Shown piece by piece: positions 10,801 to 24,853 of a DNA stretch of 44,469 bases (positions within the stretch are counted from its first letter, which is position 1; every line of letters starts with the position of its first letter). The notes under the pieces were generated by a model that searched no databases, had not been told where the DNA came from, and saw only the letters and a program-made list of their open reading frames with translations. This DNA is from Octopus bimaculoides (Eukaryota). Position numbers and translations under genes: made by a program. Location: NCBI RefSeq assembly GCF_001194135.2, contig NC_068990.1:17874189-17918657 (forward strand), in the 5' to 3' direction.

Positions 10801-13800
10801 AAATTTGGCACAAGGCCAGCATTTTTAGGGGGTGGGGTTTAGCTGATTACATCAATCCCAGTACCTGACTGGTACTTTATTTTATTGGCCCCAAAAGGTT
10901 GAAAGGCAAAGTTAACCACAGTGGGATTTGAACTCAGAATGTTATGAGTCAAAAGAAATTTTGTTTTGCATTTTGCCTGATGTATTAATGATTTTGTCAG
11001 CAAAAATAATAAAAATAACATAATCTTACCTCATAGTATGACAAAAACCCTTCTAATCTGGTGTATCTACCAGCTGCATTGGGTCCAGATGAAGGACATC
11101 CTGGAGCAATGCAAGTTTTATTAGTCAATTTAAATCCTCGTCCATATACTGGAATACCAATGTTCAACTTTTCTTTGGGCAAACCATTTAGTACCCAGTA
11201 GTTAGCACTCCAGTTCTGTATGTTAAAGAACAAAATTGTATATCACATTGATTAATATCACTTTAATGATTACAGAAAATTTACTCATGTTTTGAAAAAT
11301 CAATTATTTAACAAATTAGTCTTGAATATTTCTCATCTGATATTTAGGAAACTGTTAGGAATTGGTATTGAGAAAGAGTTACGGATAAATAAAAAGAATG
11401 AGATATAGAGAATAAGATAGTTTTTAGGGATAATGGAGTTAATAGATTTATTTGAATCTTGGTCTGTCATGAGTTGAAGGACTCACAAAGTTGGAAATTA
11501 GCCTGATTTACATGGTGTATAAATGATTGAGACACAGTGCTGGATTAGCCATTAAGCAAAATAAGCACATGCTTAGGCATCAAGGGAAGGAGGGGCACCA
11601 CAGAAATGGTAAATGGTTTAAAGCACAAAAGAAATCACTTTAAACTTGCTAACATAATATTCAAGATGCCTTTATCTCTACTAAGTATATATGTAGATGT
11701 GTTACTTAAGATTAACTTTGAGGATCTGATCAAAGACTTTTGCAATTCAAAAAAGTAGGAAGAAACTTTTCTAATATAAATAAAGTGGAAGTATACAAAA
11801 ATAAACATTATTTTCCCTCTTACTGTTTTGTTTTGTTTTGAAAAATAAAAATTTATTTTACAGTTTGTTATTGTTTATATTTTGAATTAGATAATCTTTT
11901 ATGGGGCCACCAAAATCTTTTAAGTGCTTAGGGCTTCAATGGGTCTTAATCCAGCCCTGTTGAGACACAACACTCCCTGCTGAACAGGATGCTAGTTCAT
12001 CACAAGGTTAACTTCCCAGCTTCTACTGAGATTCATTTTTGCCAGCTGAGTGGATTGGAGCAATGTGAAATGAAGTGTTTTGCTCAAGAATATTATGCAT
12101 TGCTCAATCCAGAAATTGAAACCAAGATCTTATCAGAGGTAACTAATATGGAATGAAATATGGCAACTACTCTCTATTGTTGGAGGTAAATGGACACATC
12201 CAGTTTGTGTATGTATGTATGTATAAACATATAACATGACTAAAAGATGAGAAGTGAGAAAAAAAGCCTTTATACCATATTAAATGTTTTTGCTAATCCT
12301 TCTTCATCGCTCAGAGAGTACAGGGGACAGTTATGACCAAGCACTTTATCAAATGAACCACCATGGTAGTCATATGACATCAGATTGAAGAAATCTACAA
12401 CACTGTAAATTAAAAAGAGAAACTTCAGTGGAAATACTTTAGAATATATAACCATACACTCACACACACACACACACACAGTATAGAAATATTGTGCAAG
12501 AGGTACAGTCCACTGTCTGTCACAGAACTTACCACTTCATGCACAATTAGCCACTAACACTTAAATGCATTGACTGTGTCATCAGAAATATCCCATTTCT
12601 TCCAGTTTGTTTAAATTGTAGTTGTCACCATCACCACCACCACCACCAGCATCATAATTGCTGTCATCTTCTTCACCTTATTCTTTTAACGTGCATGTTT
12701 CATAGGGGCATGGATTGGTTGGTTGGTTGGACAGGATCCAGAAATGAATCTGATGAAAGTAGCATTAACTTGCTAGGTTCAGTTTCTTTTGACTGATCAA
12801 CAGACCAATTGAGTAAGCCTAACAATAATGAACCTATAACAATAACTGGAAACAGCTGTAAATCAAATTTACTATAATAAGGAAAACTATATAATGGCCA
12901 TTATTTATACCTTGTCTTGTATATCATTCTGTGTAAAAATAACTGGAGCACAACCACAAATTTACAATATAGAATGGTGAACTATAACCTCGGAGCTTAC
13001 CACAAGAAATTGTGGAGTTCTTTACTCATATAAACAATATTGTTAGCCTGGTGTACTAACAGAGAGCTTGATAATCCCTTGCTAATAACTCTGTTTTATA
13101 TATATATATATATATCATCATTTAAAATTCACTTTCCACGCTGAAATGGGTTGGATGGTTTGATAGGAGCTGGTTAGGCAGAAGACAGCACCAGGCTTCA
13201 GTATGCTTAAATATATATATGTATATATNNNNNNNNNNNNNNNNNNNNNNNNNNNNNNNNNNNNNNNNNNNNNNNNNNNNNNNNNNNNNNNNNNNNNNNN
13301 NNNNNNNNNNNNNNNNNNNNNNNNNNNNNNNNNNNNNNNNNNNNNNNNNNNNNNNNNNNNNNNNNNNNNNNNNNNNNNNNNNNNNNNNNNNNNNNNNNNN
13401 NNNNNNNNNNNNNNNNNNNNNNNNNNNNNNNNNNNNNNNNNNNNNNNNNNNNNNNNNNNNNNNNNNNNNNNNNNNNNNNNNNNNNNNNNNNNNNNNNNNN
13501 NNNNNNNNNNNNNNNNNNNNNNNNNNNNNNNNNNNNNNNNNNNNNNNNNNNNNNNNNNNNNNNNNNNNNNNNNNNNNNNNNNNNNNNNNNNNNNNNNNNN
13601 ACAGATATATACAGTATTATTAATTTTTACATAGAAAAGATTATTGGTCATCATCAGACTTCAAAGTCTGATGAAGACCAGTAAACTGAATCTTTGAAGT
13701 TTATGTTAACATTTTCTTAGAATAATTGATACATTTTATATCATTTAATAAGAGAGAGAGAGGGAGGGAGGGAGAGGGGAAGAATTTATGATATTGAAAA

Positions 13801-14506
13801 GGAAAAGGCACAAGCAAAATTAACTTATATATTTACATACATCTGTGTATGTAAACTGCAGTTTTAGTCATAAAGCACACACACACACTAATTTTACATA
13901 TATAATTGAAATTTATCAAATTTATAGAAAGACAAAGACAGGTGAAGGAACAACAAAGGATGACAGTGACAATATGTCTGGGCATACACTCAAGGTACGT
14001 GCAGAGTATTGGAAATAGTGTGAGGGTAAGTGAGACATGGTACTCTGACTCATTTGGGAGAGCAGTAACTTTGAATAGAATTGATTTGGGCTATGATGAA
14101 TATGTGCCACCCATATTGGCATAAAGAGCGAGTGTAAAATAATAATGGTGATGATAATGATGATGATGGAGAAGGTGGTGATGTTAATGGTATCATCCTT
14201 TCCAATGAAGCAAAAAATGTATTCTATACCTGCATCAGACTGGTAAACTTTTCCTTGTCTTCAGGTGGACTGCCCCTGCTAGCTGGATATTCCCAGTCCA
14301 TATCTAGACCATCAAAACCTCTGGTTCGGAGGAAGTCTGTGGCATTGGTGTAGAACTGTTTTCTGTTTTCTGGGGTTGATGCCATTTGAGTGAACAGTGC
14401 AGAACCCATATTCCAGCCTCCAACAGACAAAAGTACAACCAGCTTGGGGTTCTTCTGCTTCATAGCAACCACTTTTGCATACCTTAAAAATATATATATA
14501 ATATAT

Positions 14507-14558
<52 letters not shown>

Positions 14559-17500
14559 CATAGAACATAAAATAAGGAAAGATATGAAGAAGCTACAGAA
14601 AAGTCAGGTAAGGAAAATAACAGAATGATATGAGGCACTAGAGTTTAGGTGGTTTGACAGGAGCTGACAAACCAGAGAGCTTCACCAGGCTCCAATTGTC
14701 TGTTTTGGTTTGGTTTCTATGGCTAGATGCCCTTCCTATTGCCAACCACTTTACAGGATGTACTGGGTGCTTTTTATGTCACACCAGCACCATTGCTTTT
14801 TATGTGGCACTGGCACAGGTGCTTTTTACATGGCACCAGGGTGGGTGATTTTTGTGTGGTACATGCATAGGTGCATTTTACATGGCACTGACATGGGTGC
14901 ACATTATGTGACACTGGCGCGAGTGCTTTTTATGTGGCACCATCGTGGGTGCTTTTTATGTGGCACCAGCACTTATGCTTTCTTCAAATGAAACCACATC
15001 CAGTTGTGCTTCTCTTTATAGTAAAATGAGATAACCTAATAAAATATGATACATTACTGTATTGAAATATCTTATAAAACCTATACCAATGTTCCTAAGC
15101 ATGGAAAAAGAAAAACATGAATTATTCTATGGTATAATCCAGTATATAGTCTAAATGTCTATATCTATAATGCTAATGACTTCTTAAATGTAATTTCTTT
15201 CTGATTTTCGATATATCATAGATATCATTCTTTTTAATCTAGATTCATTTAAGGTAAATGTTTCATGCAAAACTTGTCACCTTCACTAATAATTTGAATT
15301 TAGAAATTTATCTAGCAGTGTATTATCTGAACAAGTTGTCTACTTAATTTAACTGTCTATTGAAATCTGTAATCTAATGCATTAACATCCAAATCAGTAG
15401 TAACGTTGCTCCACAGCACTTCTATCATCCTGACAAAGAACTGCTTTAAAACAAGTTTTTATGAACATAGCCATACATTTAAGAAATCTGGAAAGAAATT
15501 TATCACAGGATTATCTAAACATGCCTATTAAAAAAACATATTGATGGCATTTAAAACCCAATAGCTAATCCTCAGTTATGTTATACTTTATGCAAGTGAT
15601 CATTTTCATTCAAATCTGTGCTGAAAGTTTTGTTTAGATGATAAATTATTGATACTATATTGATTTCAAATTTTGGCACAAGGCCAGCAAGTTCGGAGGA
15701 GGAGGTAAGTCGATTAAATAAGTACTCAATTAGTACTTATTTTATTGACCCTGAAAGGATGGAAGGCAAAGTTGAACTCAGAACTCAGATACACAAATAC
15801 ACACATAAAACTTGTGTTATCCTTGGTCTAAAACGACCGAATATGCCAGCATATAAGATGCTCTTTTTTTATTCGTAAATGTAACAAAAATTTAGTCATG
15901 CATCTAATGTAACCATATTATGAATTCTATACCATGTGTATGTTGAAACATATCAAATTTGTTTTTTCCACAAAACATACGTGTAAAGTAGGGGTGCATC
16001 TTATGCAAGAATGTGTTTTATACATAGGCAGATGTGATACATCTATCAATATATCTATATTTTTGTCTGTCTGTCTGTCTGTCTGTCTATCTGTCTATCT
16101 ATCTATCTATCTATCTATCTGTCTGTCTCCCTATACATACATACATACATATACACACACACATACACATACACACATACATCATGCATGCACATGTGCA
16201 TGCTCACACACAATTTTTTAATTAATAGAACTACTTTTGAATAGGAACAATACGATTTTTAGCAATATAAAAGATTTTATCATAGTAAATTAACAGAATA
16301 TTTTTGAAAAACCAGCTGAGATGAGGTATAGATTCCAAAATGTAAGATACACATAAACTAATAATATAAAGCATCTAGTCTGGTACTTAACTATACATGA
16401 ATACTTGCTGCCTGTTCCCTTGCGTTGTAATTAATAACAGCAGATTAACTTGAGTCACTAAATAAATATTCTAAACTTGTATAATTAAGTAAGGAAACTA
16501 GGACAGAGAGAGAGTGTGGAAAACAATTTTATGTGTGTATATGTTAATGCATGTACATATATATGTATGTGTGTATGTGTATATATATGTGTGTGTCTGT
16601 GTGTATGTGTTGTGTGTGTGTATGTATGTGTGTATGTATGTGTGTATATATATATATACTTTTACTCTTTTAGTTGTTTCAGTCATTTGACTGTGGCCAT
16701 GCTGGAGCACCACCTTGTAAACCTGGTATTGATTCTATCGATCTTTTTTGCTGAACTGCTAAGTTACAGGGACATAAACACACCAACATTGGTTGTCANN
16801 NNNNNNNNTCAGTTTCTGTCTACCAAATCTACTCACAAGGCTTTGGTCGGCCCAAGGTTATAGTAGAAGACACTTGCCCAAAGTGCTACGCAGTAGGACT
16901 GAACCCAGAACTATGTGGTTGGGAAGCAAGCTTCTTACCACACAGCCACACCTGCACCTCAATCATATCGAAATCAAAATGGAAATTGCAGTTGTGGCCA
17001 ATGCCAGCGTGCGTATGTGTGTGTGTCTTTATTTCAGCAAGATCTATAGAGTGACACAAAAGTTGAGTTTCCGGCATACCTATGAGTCACTCTGTAATTG
17101 CTACTAATGAAAGTATAAAAATATTTATAATGAATACATACTAATGTTTTGAGTTCTATTTTTCATGTTTGTATTACCACACCTATCATTATCATCATTT
17201 AACATCCGCTTTCCATGCTAGCATGGGTTGGACGATTTGACAGGGGACTGGCGAACCAGATGGCTACACCAGACTCCAATCTGATCTGGCAGAGTTTCTA
17301 CAGCTGGATGCCCTTCCTAATGCCAACCACTCTGAGAATGNNNNNNNNNNAGTTTCTACAGCTGGATGCCCTTCCTAATGCCAACCACTCTGAGAATGTA
17401 GTGGGTGCTTTCTACATGCCACCGACATGAGGGCCAGTCCGGCGGTACTGACAATGGCCATGCTCAAATGGTGACTTTTACGTGCCACCTGCACAGGAGT

Positions 17501-20500
17501 CAGTCCAATGTATTGTTCACATGCCACCAGCATGAGTGCCAGTAAGGTGAAGCTGGAAACGATCACGCTCAAACGGTGCTTTTTACGTGCCACTGGCATG
17601 GAAGTGAGACCGCTGCTCTGGATGGTGCTGTTAGTGCTCCACTGGCACAAATCCCAGTCATCAAATTTGGTTCAGTTTCAATCTCACATGCCCCAACAGG
17701 TCTTCGCAAGCTGAGTTTAGTGTCCAATGAAGGAAGGTTGGCATGGGTGCCAGTCAACGAATTTGGTTCAATTTTCGATTTCAATTTCACTTGCTTCAAC
17801 AGGTCTTCACAAGCAGGGTTTTGTGTCCAAAGAAGGAAAGGAACCTATATACATACATAATTACATACATACATACATGCATATGCATGCAGACATAAAG
17901 AGATGCCAAGAGTGAAAAGGAAAGTAAGATATAGACAGACAGATAGAAACTGAGAGGTGGGGAAAGAGATAGTATGAGTGAGAGAAATTTGTAGAGTCTC
18001 CTCAAAAGGTGAACTAAGCCCTCTTAAAACAACACACCACCTACTGACAATGACAGTTGGATAATACAAACACAAAACAAACAGAAACGCAGACGGGTGT
18101 TTGACACAATTTTCTTAATTATACACTCATTATACAATATCAAATTAAATTGGTGTCAGTGATGGATCAACCACGTGCTTGCTCAAATTGCTAGAAATGA
18201 CAGCCTAATCTCTTTCAGATTACACTCTACCATCTTGAGGAAATGAGTCAAAATACATTGCATGAGTTTAGTTCTAGAAAAACCGTGTTTGAGTAAAAAG
18301 AAGAAAAAATGGTTTGTTATGCTTGGAATGTCTTCATTATAGAAGCAGAGTACTTTGGCCAAGGGGAAATATTACCTTGCTTAGAAACAGGTGAGGATTG
18401 GTGAAAGGAAAGGGTTTCCAGCCATTGGAAATCTGCCCCAACAAATTCTAAATAACCCATGCAAGCATGGAAAAGTGAATGTTAAGAAAATGATGATGAT
18501 GATGAGCTTTCAAGTCGAGATGAAGCATCATCATCGTCATTGTCATCATCATTTACTATTCTTCTTCCATGCTGGTATGGATTGAACAGTCTGACGGAAT
18601 TTGATGTGCCCAAGGACTGCATCCTGCTCCAGTGTATGTCTTGGCATGGTTTCTATGGCTGGATGCTCTTCCTAATCCCAAGCACTTTACAGTATAAACT
18701 ACTGGGTGCTTTTTTGTGATACCAGCACTAGTTACATCATTGTATAGCTTGCAAGACTATGAGTCTTGAGGGTGTAACTCTATGTCAGAGGAGGGATAAA
18801 AGTATGAGAGAAGGGGTCAGAGCAGAACCAGTTTCTTACTGTGGAGGAACTACATAACTATTGACATTTTAGAAGAGACATTGGGAGTGATCATAGTGCA
18901 GTTAGTAAGAGATAAGAATGGTGGTGATGAGGTGTCTGGATGGCCCTTCTACAAGGTGGGTAGAAGAGAGTGGGGAGAGAGGAGTTAGAAACATGCATGT
19001 GTGGTGGGGTAGAGATTGCAAGAGTGTATGGAGAAGTGAGAGGTAAGGAATGAGTGAGAGGATCAGTGGTATGCAACAAGTGTAAAGATTGAATAGGGCT
19101 GAATGGTGTATGTTGTGAATGGTGGATAAGGGGTGAGGGATGACCAAGAATGTTTCTTAATATGTAATCGTTTCTACTTTGGCACAAAATCTAAATTTTG
19201 GGTGAGGGGCCTCAGCCTCAGTGCTCAATGGTACTTATTTGGTTGGCCCTGAAAGAAGGAAAAGTAAAGTCAACTGCAGCAGAATTTGAACTCAGAACAT
19301 AAAAATGGACAAAATGTCACTAAGCATTTTTGTCTGGCATGCTAAAGATTCTGCCAGCTCAATACCAATGGATCAAACAGATTAATGTAGAATTAGTTTA
19401 TCACTAAAGTACTGAAGTGTATAGAAGTGAAATATAAAAAGAAACAAAGAACCGGTACTCAAATTCACTTGTATCGTATTCTACCTACATGCCAACCATC
19501 CATGGTGTTGAATCATCATTCCACTCAAAAGGTTTAAGGTAGTTGCCCTCCAGGGTAGCGAATGCATAAATGATGTGGGTACATAATTGAGGATCAATAT
19601 TTTCAGGCAGAAACTTGGCTGGTACTTCTCTGTACTGACTCCAGTTGGTGTAATAGCAGACTCGGCGAAAGCTCTGGTTGGCATCTGAAATATATAGAAG
19701 CATTTAAATATTTAATGATTGCGTGATATAAATGTGAAAACTTATTGTATTATAAATATGTTCACAAATAGCAAAATAGCACAGGCACACAGTACCACAC
19801 AAAGGGACTGAACCTGGAACCATGTGGTTGGGAAGCAAACTTCTTACTGCACAATCACACCTGTGCCTAATATATATATATATATAATAATCGATGACTC
19901 GGCAGCAAGGGGGAAGCCAACTAACACCTATTAAGGCTATAAATTCTGAAATGTACCCCTCCCTTTGTGTCATGGTGTTGCTCCCCTCCCATTGTACCAC
20001 TTGAATGTAGGAGCATTCCGTCGCTTACGACGACGAGGGTCCCAGCTGATACGATCAACGGAACAGCCTGCTCATGAAATTAATGTGCAAGTGACTGAGC
20101 AATCTACAGACACGTGTACCCTTAACGCCTTAACGTAGTTCTCAGGGAGACTCAGCGTGAAACATAGCGTGACAAGGCTGGCCCTTTGAAATGCAAGTAC
20201 TACTCATTTTTCTGCCAGCTGAGTGGTCTGGAGCAACGGGAAATAAAGTGTTTGCTCAAGGACACAACACGTTGCCGGGAATCGAAATCACGACCTTACG
20301 ATTGTGAGCCGAATGCCCTAACCACTAAGCCATGCACCTTCACTCACTTGAATGTACATTGTTTTTGGTTAAGCTCATTCTACGGTAAGAATCAATTGTA
20401 GAGTCACTAAATATATATGTGCCCTGAATTTTAAATTATTTTAGATGTCAATGGCTGTAATGAATTGACACCTGTCCCCCAATTGTTACTTATTTATTTG

Positions 20501-20732
20501 TAATTCACCTATCTCAGAACATGCCCCTCACATATTCTGAAGTATATTATGGACTGTACATTTAATTAAAATGTACATGTCTGAAGAACTCAAGAGCAGA
20601 TCATATACTCGAATATCATTCTGCCAGTACTTCTGTACCAAGGTTGGTATTCATCTATAATTGTTGTGTATGTATTTTATTCCAGCCTAAACAGGTGCCT
20701 CAACTTTAAGTACCTTATTCAACTGAATCTTG

Positions 20733-20776
<44 letters not shown>

Positions 20777-22590
20777 TGTATGTATGTATGTATATATGTA
20801 TCTATCTATCTATCTATCTATCTATATATTTATCATAAATATACAGGGATTAGCATTGAGTTGCTTCTCCAACATACTGAAAATTTAGAAATAGCAGTCA
20901 AAGAACTACTGATTCTAAACTACAAATTTTTCTTTAAACGGATGGCAATATTTATGGCACACATAGAACAAAAAACCGGAGGGAAAAGCATAAACAAAAC
21001 AAGTCTTTAGTTATCTATTATTAATTGACGATTCTATAATAATTCTATTATTAATTGACGATTCCCTGCCCTTATTCTTGTATATCTATATATTTATATA
21101 TTTAATCCTTTATATTGAACACTCAATATTTCATCTATTCAATAAGACACTCAATACTTTATTTCATAGTACCATCCATTNNNNNNNNNNNNNNNNNNNN
21201 NNNNNNNNNNNNNNNNNNNNNNNNNNNNNNNNNNNNNNNNNNNNNNNNNNNNNNNNNNNNNNNNNNNNNNNNNNNNNNNNNNNNNNNNNNNNNNNNNNNN
21301 NNNNNNNNNNNNNNNNNNNNNNNNNNNNNNNNNNNNNNNNNNNNNNNNNNNNNNNNNNNNNNNNNNNNNNNNNNNNNNNNNNNNNNNNNNNNNNNNNNNN
21401 NNNNNNNNNNNNNNNNNNNNNNNNNNNNNNNNNNNNNNNNNNNNNNNNNNNNNACACACACACATACATATGTATCAGAATTCTTCATTTCTATCCGAGA
21501 TAAACGACCAGGTAATTGAGATGTATATTGCCTTCACAGTGTTTACCGTTTTACAAAATCAAACTAGAAAACTGGACAAAAAAGAGAACCCAATTGAAAA
21601 AATTAAAAAGAAAAAAAAACAAAAAGAGAGAAAGAATGGCAGGCTCCCTGACTCCACAGGCCTCTATGGCCTTTCTTGCCACCTGAATGTTGGTCATTCC
21701 GCACATCATATGGAGTTGAACCTGATACTCAAGAGGAGCTTGGCCTGGGCAAACAACTCCTCCATCTTGGAACCATCTGGATTGTCCAGATGTGATGGCA
21801 AGAGATCTGATGGCCTCACCCTCTTTCCCTGGTTGCAAGGTAGATGCCTTGTCTGGGATGTCACAGTTAGCGGCTCCTTTGCTTCTTCTCACATCCTGGA
21901 TGCTGCGGTCAGAACAAGATCCACAGCTTCTACAGCTGAGAGAAACAAAATCCTGAAATACCATGATCTGTCAGCCAATTATATTTTCCATCTTGTGGCG
22001 TTCAAGATGTTTGGTGGGGTTGGACCACTTACTGCAAGATTCCTGTCTTCACTGGTAACTCACCTTGCAGAGGTAACTGATGAGGCTCGTGAGGGCACTT
22101 GGCTGTTCCAGTGCATCAGCCTTGCCATCACTCACGGCAATGCTGCAAGCATGCTGATGTGTCTCAATAGCCATTAGAAAGGTTTCCCATCAACCCTAAC
22201 TTTTCAATCCAAGGTGGTGAATTGTTTTTTCCTTTTTTCTCTTTCTTCTTTCTCTCTCTTTTTTTTTATATCAGAATATAAAAAAAGTTGGCGAACTGCT
22301 ACGTTATGGGGATGTAATCAAACCAACATTTGTCGTCAAGAGATGGTGGGGGGACAAACACAGACACACACACACACACAAACATGAAGGGCTTCTTTCA
22401 GTTTCCGTCTACCAAATCCACTCACAAGGTTTTGATTGGTCTGAGGCTATAATAGAAGACACTTGCCCAAAGTGCCACACAGTGGGACGGAACCCGGAAC
22501 CATGTGGTTGGGAAGCATATATATATACATACATACATATATATACATATATAATTAAAAGGGTAAGCAAATGTTTGCTGATCCCTTAAT

Positions 22591-22625
<35 letters not shown>

Positions 22626-23046
22626 NNNNNNNNNNNNNNNNNNNNNNNNNNNNNNNNNNNNNNNNNNNNNNNNNNNNNNNNNNNNNNNNNNNNNNNNNNN
22701 NNNNNNNNNNNNNNNNNNNNNNNNNNNNNNNNNNNNNNNNNNNNNNNNNNNNTCTCTCCTTCAATACCCCACTAACATCTCAAAGGATCTTTGTCTTGCA
22801 AGTTACTTGGTGACTTCACCAGTCCTGGAGCCAGGTAGAAAGCATCCAGTCTACTCTATAAAGTGGTTGGGGTTAAGAAAGGCATCCAGCCATACAAAGA
22901 CCATGCCAAAACAGACAATGGAGCCTGGTGCAGTCCTATGGTTAGCCAGCTCTTGTCAATCTGATCGACCCATGTCAGTGTAGAAAGTAGACATTAAATG
23001 ATGATGATGATGATGATGGTGATGGTGGTGGTGGTGGTGGTGGTGG

Positions 23047-23081
<35 letters not shown>

Positions 23082-24598
23082 GTCAGTCAAGTTATCATTT
23101 GTTCAAGGTGCCTTGCAGTGGTGCAGTAGTGAGATAAAAAGTGAAAGCTTGAAATGAACTCTGTATCCATCCACACAGCCATATCTGTACCTGATGGTTC
23201 ATATAAGACTCATAAATGCAATTGAGGTGACATTTAAATATATTGTCATAAGCAGGTGCACACATATTACACATACATATTTTATTAACTATGAAACGAG
23301 CCAACATTACAGCTTTTGTGTGATCAGGCAACCTGCAAGAAATTGCAGCCAAATCTACTTCAAATTGTACCCTATCATTCTAAAATCAGCAAGGATACAT
23401 TAAATATTATAGTCTAAGGTATATTATGCCTATAAAAATAAAAAAACACCAGCTGGTTGCAGTGGGAATGTCTTCGATCATAGCAGGTTAATTTAATTAG
23501 GGTTGACTTGGGATGAAGCAAAACGACCTGGGCATTATTGTTGACAGCAATTTGCATTGGACAAAACATGTTGCTAAAATTGCCAAGAAGGCTGAGAGTG
23601 TTTTGGCATCACTTACCAAGTCCTTTGTGAGCCGCTCTCCGGCTATCTATCTGAGGCTTTATATAGCTATGGTGTGGCCTCACCTGGAATTTGCGTCTCC
23701 GGTCTGGAACCCCTATCTTGCCAAGGATATTAATTGTCTGGAAACCATTCGGTGAGGTGCAACCAAGAGAATACCCTCCATCAGGCATTTGCCATATTCT
23801 GAATGCCTTACTTCCCTAGGTATGGATACATTGAAACTCTGACATCTGGCAGCTGGCTTGGCAGGTGTCTATAAAATTATTAACCATCTTACTAACAATA
23901 ACTCTGAGCACCTTTTCAAATTCCACCTGTCTAACACCCGTGGACATGTTTACAAAGTCAGAAAACAGCACAGCTCCCATGACTTTCAGAAACACTTTTT
24001 CACGCTAAGAGTTGCTGAAGTATGGAACAAACTGCCAGCATCAGTTGTTAGTTGTCGGAGCACTGCATCCTTCAAAACTTCCATGCTTCCTGAGATTCAC
24101 CAACACTACACCTGATTTTCTCCCCTCCATACACACGCAAGCATGTATCTGACTCATACACTGTTCACTTTCCAGACATATATGCAATACTACATATGCT
24201 TTATGTGCACTTTTGACAAGTTGTAGTGCACCTGAGCATTGTATACAATGATTTCATTATTATTATTAACAGCTTTACAGGAAATAAAGCCGTGTAAGCA
24301 TTATCATGCTGTACATTTATGATAACAAAATGAGGTCTTAAATGATTTATATAACCACACAGCAATCTACAAAACAATTTGTGTGTGTATGTGTGTGTGT
24401 GAGTGAGTGAGTGGGTGTGTGTGTGTGTGATGTTATCTGCATTTTGAGTGAGTTTGAGTAGTAAGGAAATAAAATTCAGTGAATTGATATGTTATGAAGT
24501 GCCAGTTGGCACTTATAGATTGTTGAATAACGATTTATGGAAACCCACTCTTTTCTTTTCACTAATCTATGTTTCATACATACGCTAACATACACATT

Positions 24599-24638
<40 letters not shown>

Positions 24639-24808
24639 TATATTTCTCTATTAATCTACCTGTGTATGTGTGTGTGAAAGGGAGACTCTGTATGTATGGT
24701 ACTTATGTGAGAGAGAATATACCGCTTCCTCTGCGTCTCTGTCTGTTTGTTTGTCTGTCTGTCTGTCTATCTCTGTCTAGTTGTTTGTTAGTTCTGTCAG
24801 TATGTCTA

Positions 24809-24853
<45 letters not shown>

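Noticed and set aside
12403-14229. Candidate donors at 12530, 12910 and 12999 for the missing chitinase exon
   Set aside because: The upstream frames have stops or no resemblance to the expected ELRxAF...AAV...GY segment.
17292-17399. 49-bp direct duplication either side of a 10-N gap
   Set aside because: An exact overlap across a scaffold join is a typical assembly artefact.
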